Below are positions 38,737-50,038 of a stretch of DNA of 64,000 nt, piece after piece (position 1 is the stretch's first letter; every line of letters begins with the position of its first letter). The notes under the pieces are model-generated. The model worked only from the letters and a program-made list of their open reading frames with translations. It ran no database searches and was not told the DNA's origin. The position numbers and the translations under genes are program-made. The DNA is from Anthoceros angustus (Eukaryota > Plantae > Anthocerotophyta). The stretch lies in the NCBI GenBank assembly GCA_010909165.1, contig MU008165.1, forward strand, positions 1,984,001 to 2,048,000. The letters run 5' to 3'.

Positions 38737-38978
38737 GTAGGGTGTGCTAGGGGAGGCGCCACCGACCGGCCCATGGCAGATGGCATGTTGGGGAGGGGGC
38801 CGGCCATGGCGCCATGGGCGGTGTGCTAGGGGAGGCGCCACCGGCCCCATGGGCGGTGTGCTAGGGGAGGCGCCGGCCGACGCCCATGGGTGTTAGGGGA
38901 GGCGCCTGGCCGGGCGCCCATGGGCGTGGTGTTAGGGGAGGCGCCAGTCGGCCGGGCGCCTCCCTAGCACCATCCTAC
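38737..38978. repeat. GC-rich minisatellite (tgctaggggaggcgcc x~5) closed by an inverted copy; MITE-like
   Basis: Direct repeats followed by ggcgcctccctagcacc. No TSD found. Confidence 0.6.
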
Positions 38979-41900
38979 AGCATGCGGGTGAAGCTAGGGG
39001 GATAAGAAGGAACGGTATCCTATCACCACTAAGGTGTGGCCCATTTGTAGGAGGGGTTAAAAGATTTGCGTCCATAGGTGACTGCTGAAGAGTACAAGTG
39101 GTGGGAAGCCTTTTGGGTGGACTAGAAGGAGATTGCTATCATTGTGGAGAATAACATTGGGCTAGTGCTACAGCGTCCTTGGAAGTGGTTTTCACGTGCA
39201 GAAGTGGATCATACAGCCTGACCACTTCAAGTGCCGGATGAAGCTTTGCTGGATGAGGCATTATTGAGGGACCTCCCATAGCGTGATATGTACTTGGGGG
39301 CATATCAAAATGCCGGAAGGCAACAGTGGGAATGGCATGGATGAATAAAGACATAATGGAAATCTAGAAGGGGATGTTTCTGGTAGTGCCGTGTACTATG
39401 GACACGCATAATAGGCCATTCTGGATTGGGGAGAGTCATTGACGCGAAGCTAGATGCACCACGACCTCACTTTCTTATCCACTGGTATCGGACCGAGCAT
39501 ACAAATGCGTACGAAGGGAGATATGTGTAGGAATACATAGTCCGTCAGAGTGCTAGTTAACCCATCTGGTCTGATGCCGAGGACAAAAGGGAATAAGGTC
39601 CATTTCCCAAAAAACATACAAGAGGTGTTTGTGAATGAAACTGCCATCTTGTATTATGGGTTTGTGTTGAACGCACGGAAACATGTGTATGCGGTGGACA
39701 AAAAAGTAACAAGGGATAAAACAGTGTTTCTCAACGTAGGGGTTTGTCTCCGAACCCCATTTTGGCCCCAACCATCCAGAAATGCACTTGTCTCATTTCA
39801 CTGTTTTTAGTGATTTGCGAACCCACAGCCCATGCATCCGAGCCCAAAAGAAGACCTAATGTGCCCACCGTCCGCACAAATGCCGGACACACCTTTGTAC
39901 CAAGTGGCCGGATGACTGGCCCACTTATGCTCCAAAGAGCTGGAGTGCGCCAACGTCCGCGACTTATACTCCAAAGAGGTGCAATACACCGGGTTTGGAG
40001 AGGGTTGCGTCAATACTTGTGTAGGCAAGCACTTTCGCCTGTTGCTTGTGCACACTTGCCACCGCACCAACACTCACATCAATTCTCTTTTCAAACCCCG
40101 TGATTGAGCAATCCTGCACGGCAGTATACTGCCCCGACCGCCCCTCCGTGAGATAAGCCGCACTTAGATCTCGCAGATTAGGCCTCAGCAGAATTGGACA
40201 AGGTAAAGGATGGTGAGGCCTCCTCAACCGCTCTTGATCAAACTCTTCGTAGCTTACATTTCTTCTTGTCAAGTCCGCATCGCTTTCAACCTTAATCTAT
40301 CCATGGGTGGCACATGGAGCAAGTCGATCTTAAATTCAAAATCTCCGCGAAGCTTGGCTATAGTCTTTTCGAACACCCACGCGCCACACCGTAGTGGGCG
40401 CCATAGGATGTATGTGTCCTCCTTCGAGCCTCACCAAAATACTCACCATTTGGTCAAAACCCCCAGGACCAGCCCTCTTCTTCGTGACATCACTGCCTCA
40501 CTAGGGCTCGCAGTGGCCAGGCAGATGCTCTCTTATACTTGAGTTCGATCGCATCCTGTGCTTTCATTACTCAAGGACAAATCATCTATTCTATTTATTT
40601 TCTTGCTTCTCCGCAAAACATTGTGAAACATTGTCGCCTTCAAAAGGTTGGCCATTAGAAACCACCATCATACATGTCGAATTTTGGAAAATGTAGCTCA
40701 TCTAGAAACCAAGGCCTATGCATCTATACGCATCAAACTCGAATGAGCCGGACATTTGGCGACCAATCAAAGAGATCCAAATTGCAAGTCATAGGGCACA
40801 TAGAGTAAGGCCAAAAGGTTTAACATGTTGTATACAAAGCGAATGTGGAATATAACATCAACCAACAAATGATTTTCAAAATAATATTCATGACTTTACG
40901 CCTAGATACCGGATGATTTACAAATTTTTCAAACCACTAAAAATCAACACTCCATCCTAGTATTGATACGCCTAGGTTGCTTAACAAAGGAGTTGTTACA
41001 AAGTTTTCAAAGCACCAAAAACAAGCAAACCATCCTAGTACTAATCCGACCCAAGAGTGCTTATAAGGAAGTTCTAAAGCACCAAAGTCAAGCACCCCAT
41101 CCCGGTATCGATCCGACCAAGGTGCTTAACCTTGAGTTCTTATGCCATTGAGTCTACCACCTATCCCGAGGATGCTGAAGACAAACAATATATATACAGG
41201 CGCCGGACGTCCGCGATCCACTCCACCATTTCCATCTCACGACGCCCACAAGATTGGGGTCTAAAATGCGCCGGACGTCCGCAGTTTTAGCAGACTCGCC
41301 AATGTGCCGAACGTCCGCGCATTGCTCCAATTCCTTCTATGTTTTTCACTCTAACAATGGAGATCCTGTGGTTGTGTACTCACAGGCACAGACGCCAGCT
41401 ACTTTTAGAGTCGTAGTTTGGTCCTCTCGAGATGGCCATGATCGGCTATCGGTTAATGTTCTTCACAATTGCGCCGGACGTCCAGCTTGTTTTTCGCTGA
41501 ATTGCTACTTTTATGGTTATCGGACGTCCGCAGCTTGGCGGACTAATTTTGTTTGGTTTGCCACTGCTCACCCCGCTAGGAAGTACTATCGTCATGAAAG
41601 AGGTGTTTAGGATTCCTAGCACCGTTAAAAATCCTTGAAATCCCTTCCTTGTGAAGGTGAAATCCATGAACCTTCTTGGCAACCTGTGTAAGTATTCACG
41701 AGAAAATAACATGGTCAATGTCTTTGATGTTTAAAAGTGGTTTTGCTAAAGATGATGCATTTTGGCCTGCTGGGGTCATTTTTGGTCTTTAGGGACCCAA
41801 ACCCTTTAATGGAGAATAACCTATGTTGAGAGACGCTTATAAGCTTTTGCAAGTTGCGCACCTTGACACACAAGTCAAAGTGCTGCTGAAGATAGTGATG

Positions 41901-42749
41901 ACAATGCTGGAGAAGCTCGACCAAGTGATGACGAAGGATTGAACTCGTGATGAGTGAAATCGGGGTTTGTCCGGGGTCCCAGTGAATGTTGTACGTCTGT
42001 TCCGGATGTTATTGTGTTTTGAAATACCTGTGGCTTTTGTTGTGTCCATACTAAACCACATTTTCCTCCCAAAACCGAATTTCTGTCGTCCTTCCGGAAC
42101 GGCCTTCCTTACCGTTCCTACTTTGCATTAATCCCATAGGTTCGAGTTTGCGATCACCATTCGACAGAAACATTGCTGGATGGAAAGTAGGAACTTTAGT
42201 GGGTGACACCCTTTTTTTTTTTGAGATGTTTTCCGGAATGCCTTAAAAACGCTGTTTTAGGGCCCATCAAAAACCCCCTTCATAGATTATTTACGGAAAA
42301 CCCCCTTCGAGATTATTCACCCCCTTCAAAAATTATGATGTTCCTTGTACGACATCACTCCTTATCGAGGTGGACAGGGAATAAGTAAGCCCCATATATC
42401 ATATCTGCGTGTATTCGGTGCAGCCGCTTATGCTTACATCCCTTCCGACAAGAGACGGAAGATGGACAACAGAGCAAGCAAGTATATATTCGTTGGATAT
42501 TCCGACACAGTTAAAGGATACAAACTGTATAATCCCTCAACAAGGGAATTAACTATGGCAAGGAGCGTAAGCTTCAATGAAACCTTTATCCTTCACTCCC
42601 ATCTTCGCTCTGTTACAAGCCACGAGCTTCCACCATCAGCACCTGTACACGACCATTCACCTGTATTCCATGCAGAGGACACTGATATTTATACTGATTT
42701 CCAGCACTCCTCCTATGAATCAGATGATGACATACCTCTTCAACCGGTT

Positions 42750-45569
42750 GCAAGGCAAGGCAAGGCAAGGCAAGGCAAGGCAAGGCAAGGCAAGGCAAGG
42801 CAAGGCAAGGCAAGGCAAGGCAAGGCAAGGCAAGGCAAGGGGGTGGCAAGGCAAGGGCAGACAGAGACAAGGCAAGGCAGAGACAGGGCAAGGACAGAGA
42901 CAGGGCAAGGGCAAGGCAAGGCAAGGCAAGGCAAGGCAAGGCAAGGCAAGGCAAGGCAAGGCAAGGCAAGGCAAGGCAAGGAAGAGAGGCAGAGGCAAGG
43001 CAAGGCAAGGCAAGGCAAGGCAAGGCAAGGCAAGACAGAGACAAGGCAGGCAAGGCAAGGAAGGCAAGGAAGGCAAGGCAAGGTGGGCAGGCAAGGCAAG
43101 GCAGAGGCAAGGCAAGGCAAGGTGGGCAAGGCAGGCAAGGCAGAGGTGGGGGAGACAGGCAAGAGACAGAGGCAAGGTGGGCAAGGCAAGGCAAGGCAGG
43201 ACAGGCAAGGCAAGGCAGAGACAAGGCAAGACAGAGAAGGCAAGGCAAGGCAGGAGGCAAGGCAAGGCAAGGCAAGGCAAGGCAAGGCAAGGCAAGGCAA
43301 GGCAAGGAGACAGCAAGGCAAGGCAAGGCAGAGCAGAGATGAGGCAAGGCAGGAGAGACAAGGCAAGGCAAGGCAAGGCAGAGACAGAAGGCAAGGCAAG
43401 GTGCAAGGCAAGGCGGACAGGCAAGGCAAGGCAAGGCAGAGAGGCAAGGCAAGTGAGGCAAGGCAAGGCAAGGCAAGGCAGGAGGCAAGGTAAGGCAAGG
43501 AGGTGAGGCAAGGCAAGGCAAGGACAGAGACAAGGCAAGGCAAGGTGGGCAAGGCGCAAGGCAAGGCAAGGCAGAGCAAGGCAAGGCAAGGGCAAGGCAA
43601 GGCAGAGCAAGGCAAGGCAAGGCAAGGACAAGGGCAGAGACAAGGCAAGGCAAGGCAAGGCAAGGTGAGAGGCAGATGAGACAGAGAAGGCAAGGCAAGG
43701 CAAGGCAAGGACAGGCAAGGTGAGACAGAGATGAGGCAAGGACAGGCAAGGAAGAGACAAGGAGGCAGATGAGAGACAGGCAAGGCAAGGCAAGGAAGAG
43801 GCAAGGCAAGGCAAGGAGGCAAGTGAGGCAGAGGCAAGGGGCAAGGACAAGGCAGGCAGAGGCAAGGGATGGCCAAGGCAAGGCAAGGCAAGAGGCAAGG
43901 AGCAAGGCAGACAGAGGCAAGGCAGGCAAGGTGAGAGGACAGAGCAGGCCAAGGCAGAGGCAAGGACAGGCAGACAGGCAAGACAGAGGCAAGGGCAAGG
44001 CAAGGGGCAAGAGAGGGGCCAGAGACAGGCAGAGGCAAGGCAAGAGACAGAGACAGAGACAGGCAGGCAAGGCAAGGCAAGGTGAGACAGGCAAGGCAAG
44101 GCAAGGCAAGGCAAGGCAAGGCAAGGCAGAGACAAGGCAAGGCAAGGTGAGAATGCAAGGCAAGGCAAGGCAGGCAAGGCAAGGCGAGACAGGCAGAGCA
44201 AGGCAAGGACAGAGACAGGCAAGGCAAGGCAAGGCAAGGACAGAGACAAGGCAAGGCAGAGACAAGACAGGCAAGGCAAGGCAAGGCAAGGCAGAGACAG
44301 AGACAGAGACAGAGGCAAGGCAGGCAAGAGGCAAGACAAGGCAAGGCAAGGCAAGGCAGACAGGCAGAGACAAGGCAAGGCAAGGCAAGGTGAGGCAAGG
44401 ACAAGGAGAGACAAGGCAAGGCAGAGACTGAGACAGAGCAAGGCAGACAGACAGAGGCAAGATGAGACAGGCAAGGCAAGAGAGACAGGCAAGGCAGCAG
44501 GCAAGGCAAGGCAAGGAGGCAAGGCAAGGCAAGGCAAGGAGGCAGAAGGTGAGGCAAGGCAAGGCAAGGTAAGGCAAGAGCAAGGCAAGGCAAGGCAAGG
44601 CAAGGAGGCAAGGCAAGGCAAGGCAAGGCAAGGCAAGGCAAGGCAAGGCAAGGCAAGGCAAGGCAAGGCAAGGCAAGGCAAGGCAAGGCAAGGCAAGGCA
44701 AGGCAAGGCAAGGCAAGGTAGGCAAGGCAAGGCAAGGCAAGGCAAGGCAAGGCAAGGCAAGGCAAGGCAAGGCAAGGCAAGGCAAGGCAAGGCAAGGCAA
44801 GGACAGGCAAGGCAAGGCAAGGCAAGGCAAGGCAAGGCAAGGTGGCAAGGCAAGGCAAGTGAGGCAAGGCAAGGCAAGGCAAGGCAAGACAGAGAAGGCA
44901 AGGTGAGGCAAGGCAAGGCAAGGCAAGGCAGAGAGGTGAGGCAAGGCAAGGCAAGGCAAGGCAAGGCAAGGCAAGGCAAGGCAGGCAAGGCAAGGCAAGG
45001 CAAGGCAAGGCAAGGCAAGGGCAAGAGGCAAGGCAAGGCAGGCAAGGCAAGGCAAGGCAAGGCAAGGCAAGGCAAGGCAAGGTAAGGCAAGGCAAGGCAA
45101 GGCAAGGCAGGCAAGGCAGGCAAGGTAATGAGGCAAGGCAAGGCCAGGAGGCAGGCAAGGGCCAAGGCAAGGTAAGGCAAGGCAAGGCAAGGGCAAGGGG
45201 GGGCAAGGCCAAGGCAAGGGTGAGGCAAGGCAAGGAGGCAAGGCAAGGCAAGGACAGGCAAGGGGGCAGGCAAGGCAGAGGCAAGGCAAGGCAAGGAGGC
45301 CAAGGCAAGGCAAGGCAAGACAGGCAAGGATAAGGCAAGGCAAGGCAAGGCAAGGCAAGGCAAGGCAAGGCAAGGCAAGGGCAAGGCAGAGCAAGGCAAG
45401 GGGGCAGAGGCAAGGCAAGGCAAGGCAGAGGCAAGGCAAGGCAGCAAGGCAGGAGGCCAAGGCAAGGGGGCAGGCAAGGCAAGGCAAGGGATGGCCAAGG
45501 CAAGGCAAGGCAAGGCAAGGCAAGGCAAGGCAAGGCAAGGCAAGGCAAGGCGAGGCATGGCCAAGGCAA
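42750..45569. repeat. (GGCAA)n pentanucleotide satellite, ~2.8 kb, degenerate in the middle
   Basis: Directly visible. It is the source of the artefactual QGKAR/LALPC ORFs. Confidence 0.98.
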
Positions 45570-46334
45570 AGAAAAAGATAAAATGGTAAGGGAAAGCGAT
45601 TACTGTATAGCAAAGTCTCCAAAGATGAAGAAAAAGCTGAGATGGCCCTCATACCTTATCGAGAAGTTGTGGGAAGCCTTTTATACTTGGCCGGGTGGAC
45701 AAGACCTGATATCTCACAAGCAATAGGGGTTGTATCCCATTACTTATCCAATCCCGGCAGAAGACAGTGGATTGCTGTAAAACGGATTTTGCGTTACCTT
45801 AAAGGAACAAGGCATTTATGCCTCAAGTACACAAAGAGCAATGACATCGCACTTATATGCTTGTCAGATGCCGACTGGGCTGGTTGCATTGACGGTAGAA
45901 GATCGATTGCTGCTTATTGCACCCTACTCTGTGGATCAGCAGTAAGCTGGCAAAGTAAGAAGCTCACCATCATCAGTCTGTCATCCACCGAAGTGGAGTA
46001 CAGTGCTCTGTCCTTAGCAGCCAGGGAGATATGTTGGATTCGTCAATTCCTCACTGAGATCCATATTTAGCAGACCACTCCAACAATCCTACAGTGTGAC
46101 AACCAGTCAGCCATCGCACTATCTGCCAACCCAGTGCTACATGCCCGTTCAAAACATATTGAAATACAGTTCCATCCTACAACTCAGAATGTGGCAGACC
46201 TCCTTACAAAGGGGTTACCGAAGCTGCTACATGAGCAACATCGACTGTCACTAGGGTTAGAGCAAAACGAGGCTTATCTTAGCTCTACGCCTGATGCTAT
46301 AGCTCAGACAGCTCTCTCCTAAGCTCCAAGGGGA

Positions 46335-46484
46335 TGTTTCGTCGCTGGCGTTAGGGCACCCAGCATTTCCAGCCCCTTTTATGCCGCCAGTTTTTGATCT
46401 CCATCTTTGGAGCACCTATGGCAAACATGGCTCAGACATCAGTGCACTCCGCTGTAACTTGGATGAAGCTTCTACTTCCCAACA
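46335..46484 (+). mobile_element. Candidate short 3' LTR of the copia element
   Basis: A purine tract aagggga immediately precedes TGTT at 46335, just after the RNase H stop, and the segment ends in CCCAACA. No 5' LTR is available for comparison. Confidence 0.45.
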
Positions 46485-46647
46485 TAATCAGGAACAGCTA
46501 AGCATGGTGCTTACAGATACGGACGTTTTGTTTATAAATATCTAAAAATATACGTAACTATTTTTTACTTATTATGATAACTTAACTCCGCACTGAAATA
46601 CTTACTTCTATAAGTATCATACCTTCTAAAGTTATTGTTTTGTCGCC

Positions 46648-46654
46648 TATATAA
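46648..46654 (+). promoter_or_regulatory. Candidate TATA box of the pectate lyase gene
   Basis: cc-TATATAA about 140 bp upstream of ATG 46794. Confidence 0.35.
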
Positions 46655-46793
46655 TAGGGTTGGTTGGTTGTGAATCTTAACCCTCATTGCGATCGACATT
46701 AAAACCTATCCTCAAAAAGTTGTTTGGTTGAAAATTCTAATCTTCATTGTGATCGACATTGAAATCTTCGCACAAACTACTTATCTATTGAAT

Positions 46794-48612
46794 ATGGCAT
46801 CTCTTCCTCTAGTTGCTAAGTGGTCACTCTATGTTCGACTATTTGCTCTCTACTTATGTTTTTGTCTTATGAAATCCTCCGTAGTCCATTCACGTCAGCT
46901 GAACAACCCATTTAGATCTTTGATAACTAAACCCTCTGCCTTGCCTTATGCAACAATATTAGATGGTCACAATGCATCGATGTCAATGAAACATCATGCC
47001 AAGCGTTTCTCCTTAGAGAATCCAAGGTGTGTAATTGTTTCACATGTCTCATATTATTTGTGATTGATTTTTATCGCACATATTTTTTTTGTATTTATGA
47101 TCATAATTTCATGTAAAATATAAAATAATTATAAATTGTTCATTCTCGTGTTGCATTATTTAACCAGCTCGACATGTCCACCGACGGGAAACCCAATTGA
47201 TGATTGTTGGAGATGTGATGCAAATTGGGCAAACAATAGACAATACTTGGCCGGATGTGGAATTGGATTTGCCAAATATGCTTATGGTGGGAAAAATGGA
47301 AATATCTATGTTGTCAACTCAACTGATGACGAAGCGATGAATCCTGCACCGGGCACACTGCGCCATGCAGTGATTCAATTCGAGCCGTTGTGGATCACTT
47401 TTGCAGCAGATATGAAAATCACTCTGAAACAGACTCTTATAGTTAATAATGATAAGACAATTGATGGTAGAGGAGTTGATGTTCATATTGCAGATGGGCC
47501 TTGTATTACGCTCAGGGATGTCCATAATATAATAATTCATGGGATTAGAATATACAATTGCACACCAACAGTTGAGAATGTGCAAATACAAATTGATCCA
47601 AATAACTTTGAGTGGTTTGGCAACACCGATGGTGATGGCATCTCAGTCATCAACAGCACTAATATTTGGATCGATCATGCGTTTTTGTCTAATTGTGCAG
47701 ATGGTTTGATAGACGTAACTCTCGGTTCCACCGATGTTACTATTTCGAATAGTTATTTTACTTCTCATGACAAGGTATGCATTACTAATTAAAGATGAAT
47801 TTCATCAATTACAAGATTTTCATGTGAGACAAACTTGCATGTTCTTTCTCACATTCACACATGTGCATTCATGCAATTCAGGTTATGTTATTGGGGCATA
47901 GTGATGACGAATTTGGAGATATTAAAATGAAAGTCACAATAGCGATGAATCATTTTGCCGAAGGATTGGTGGAACGCATGCCAAGGTACGAACTTATGTA
48001 AAGTTAATAAGTTTGGATTGTAGTCATTTTTTTCTCCTATGCCTATGCTTACAAGCGTGCACAATGAATAAAATTGGCACTAATTGTTTCAAATTCTAAA
48101 TTCTTCAATATTTTGTTCTATAGATGCCGTTTTGGTCAATTTCACGTAGTAAACAATGATTATACCATGTGGGGAATGTATGCTGTTGGTGGGAGTGCCA
48201 ATGCTACTATTCTAAGCGAAGGAAATCGCTACTTGGCTGGAGATTATAAAGAAGTATGTATAAAAACTTAAAGATTATGTATTGCATGTCTTTATTTCCA
48301 ATCCACATTATTGTTTTTCTTTCTTTATTTTGGACATAACTTTGAAATATGGTATATGTACATTTTCAGGTAACCAAGCACATGTCTCTTGACAATGGTT
48401 GGAAAAATTGGAATTGGGCCTCAAGAAATGATTTGATGCTCAATGGATCTTACTTTACTGAGTCTGGGGTCAACTCATCTGCAGATTCTTCTCAATTTGA
48501 CAATGCTTACATAAATGCCATGAGCTTACCTGCCAAATCCGTGGGTATGGTTGGTAATATGACAGCAGATGCAGGACCTCTACCTTGTCAAGTACAGTTC
48601 ATATGTTATTAG
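46794..48612 (+). CDS. Secreted pectate lyase (PL1 family)
   Basis: Exons 46794-47026 (signal peptide), 47168-47774, 47882-47985, 48124-48253, 48370-48612. Motifs [59 protein letters not shown]. Confidence 0.95.
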
Positions 48613-50038
48613 TTAAGATAGGATAATGTATCGATAATATTTAAAACATTGATGAGTGAATGTTTAAAAGTCATTCCAAGTGAAACAAAAAGTCCTCTAT
48701 AAATCTGTCATGTTTTAATTATAAGCGTGTAGACATGTAGGGGGCCTATGTTCACCCTGATAACATGTCCAACCCTCCATCCCCGTCTATCTCTGTGGAT
48801 GGGTGCTCACCCTATACGTACATCCTAACCATATGTGATGTGATCCCCACTGCAGTGTGCATGCGTTCCCTGCTTGAGGTGTCTAAGGTAAGAGGAATAG
48901 GAAAGAGAAGAGGAGAGAACTTTTTTGAGAGGGATCCACAAGCTTTAAAAACTCACGTTCCTCATGAGAACATCATGGACATTTAACCTCAATGTTCATA
49001 TTGTCAGAATACTACTCCCAAATAGAGGACAAGTAGAAATCAATATGCTAGATATTGTATGCTACATGTCCCAATGCCTCATGTCCGTTTTCCCATAGTA
49101 GGAGCATGAGACATCCATCAATCTTAAAAGTTGTATGTTTCATTATTTTATAAATGACGTTTCAATGTATTTAATTAATAACGAACTTTTAGTACTACTT
49201 TGTTATTGAAGAGGAGAAAAAAAAATTGGTGAGGTCATGGTAACAACAACAAAGTACCAGTATACGGAACAGGACAAAATATCCAAGTGGGATAAAGAAT
49301 GTCACAAAATCTATTCAATATTGTTTGCTTTTTCAATAGCAAAGTAGTACTAAAACGCGGTTGCCCTCTAAATAGATTGAAACCAATGCAACAATGAAAC
49401 ATAAAAGTATTGGATATGGCGAAGATTTACGGGAGAGATATGGCGGATATGAAATTCAGCAATCTCCATGAATTGGATGGATGTGGTGTGAGGAAGCACC
49501 AGCATGGACAGAAGTAGACAGGCTACCGAGGTATGTATGATGGACCACATTATAATCTTATTTAGAAGTTACATGTTTTAGTGTTATATTGATAATGTTT
49601 TAATTTATTCTGGTGATGGTATATTTTTAGTGTTTAAAGGATTAATATTATTTTAAATTTATTTTCAATACCAAAGAAGTATTGAAAACGTGTTTGCCAT
49701 GAATAACCACCACCTCCAAACCGGTTGCACCTATGGACGGAAAAGAGGATTCTGTCCGACTCTGTCTACACTTTTACACCTTTGACAAGCAGCGACATCA
49801 ACCGGAGTGAATGTTTACAGTGAATGAAGTTCAATGCAATCCTAGCCAGCTACGGGAATGCAACCAAGGCACCTGCTTCCCCGGCATTCCTAACACACAG
49901 GGTCAGCTCTACATCCATTTCCGTCACTCTTCGCTGGTCTCTACCTTTGATGAGCCCCCGGGCCGATTAGTCCACTACCTACCTATGTAATAAACCTCTA
50001 AAAAAACTTAAAAAGTGTGAGAGAATTTTCGTTTTGTG

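Larger units (their letters stand above)
35288..42342. mobile_element. TIR DNA element A (7.05 kb), AACA...TGTT termini, 4-bp TSD CCTT
   Basis: Left aacatgataatttttgaagggggggaata versus right reverse complement aacatcataatttttgaagggggtgaata (29 bp, 2 mismatches). CCTT at 35284-35287 and 42343-42346. Removing the element restores the integrase frame (NRLPLKPL-YDITPY). Confidence 0.9.
32429..46484 (+). mobile_element. Fragmented, 5'-truncated Ty1/copia LTR retrotransposon interrupted by several insertions
   Basis: Protease 32429-32712. GAG-pre-integrase and integrase core ~34494-35287 (LWHCRLCHPS; CEGCQYGK; LEVIHTDICGP; PPQNPFAERYNRTL; YWAEAV) with stops. Integrase C-terminus 42347-42750 (LRVFGAAAYAYIP..KRRKMDNRASKYIFVGYS). 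RT end plus RNase H ~45615-46322 (PYREVVGSLLYL..TRPDI; SDADWAG; SSTEVEY; CDNQSAI; HARSKHIE). Domain order is copia-type. Confidence 0.92.

Noticed and set aside
42577-45652. Very long ORFs (up to 983 aa) of LALPC/QGKAR repeats
   Set aside because: They are translations of the stop-free (GGCAA)n satellite, open in most frames; not genes.
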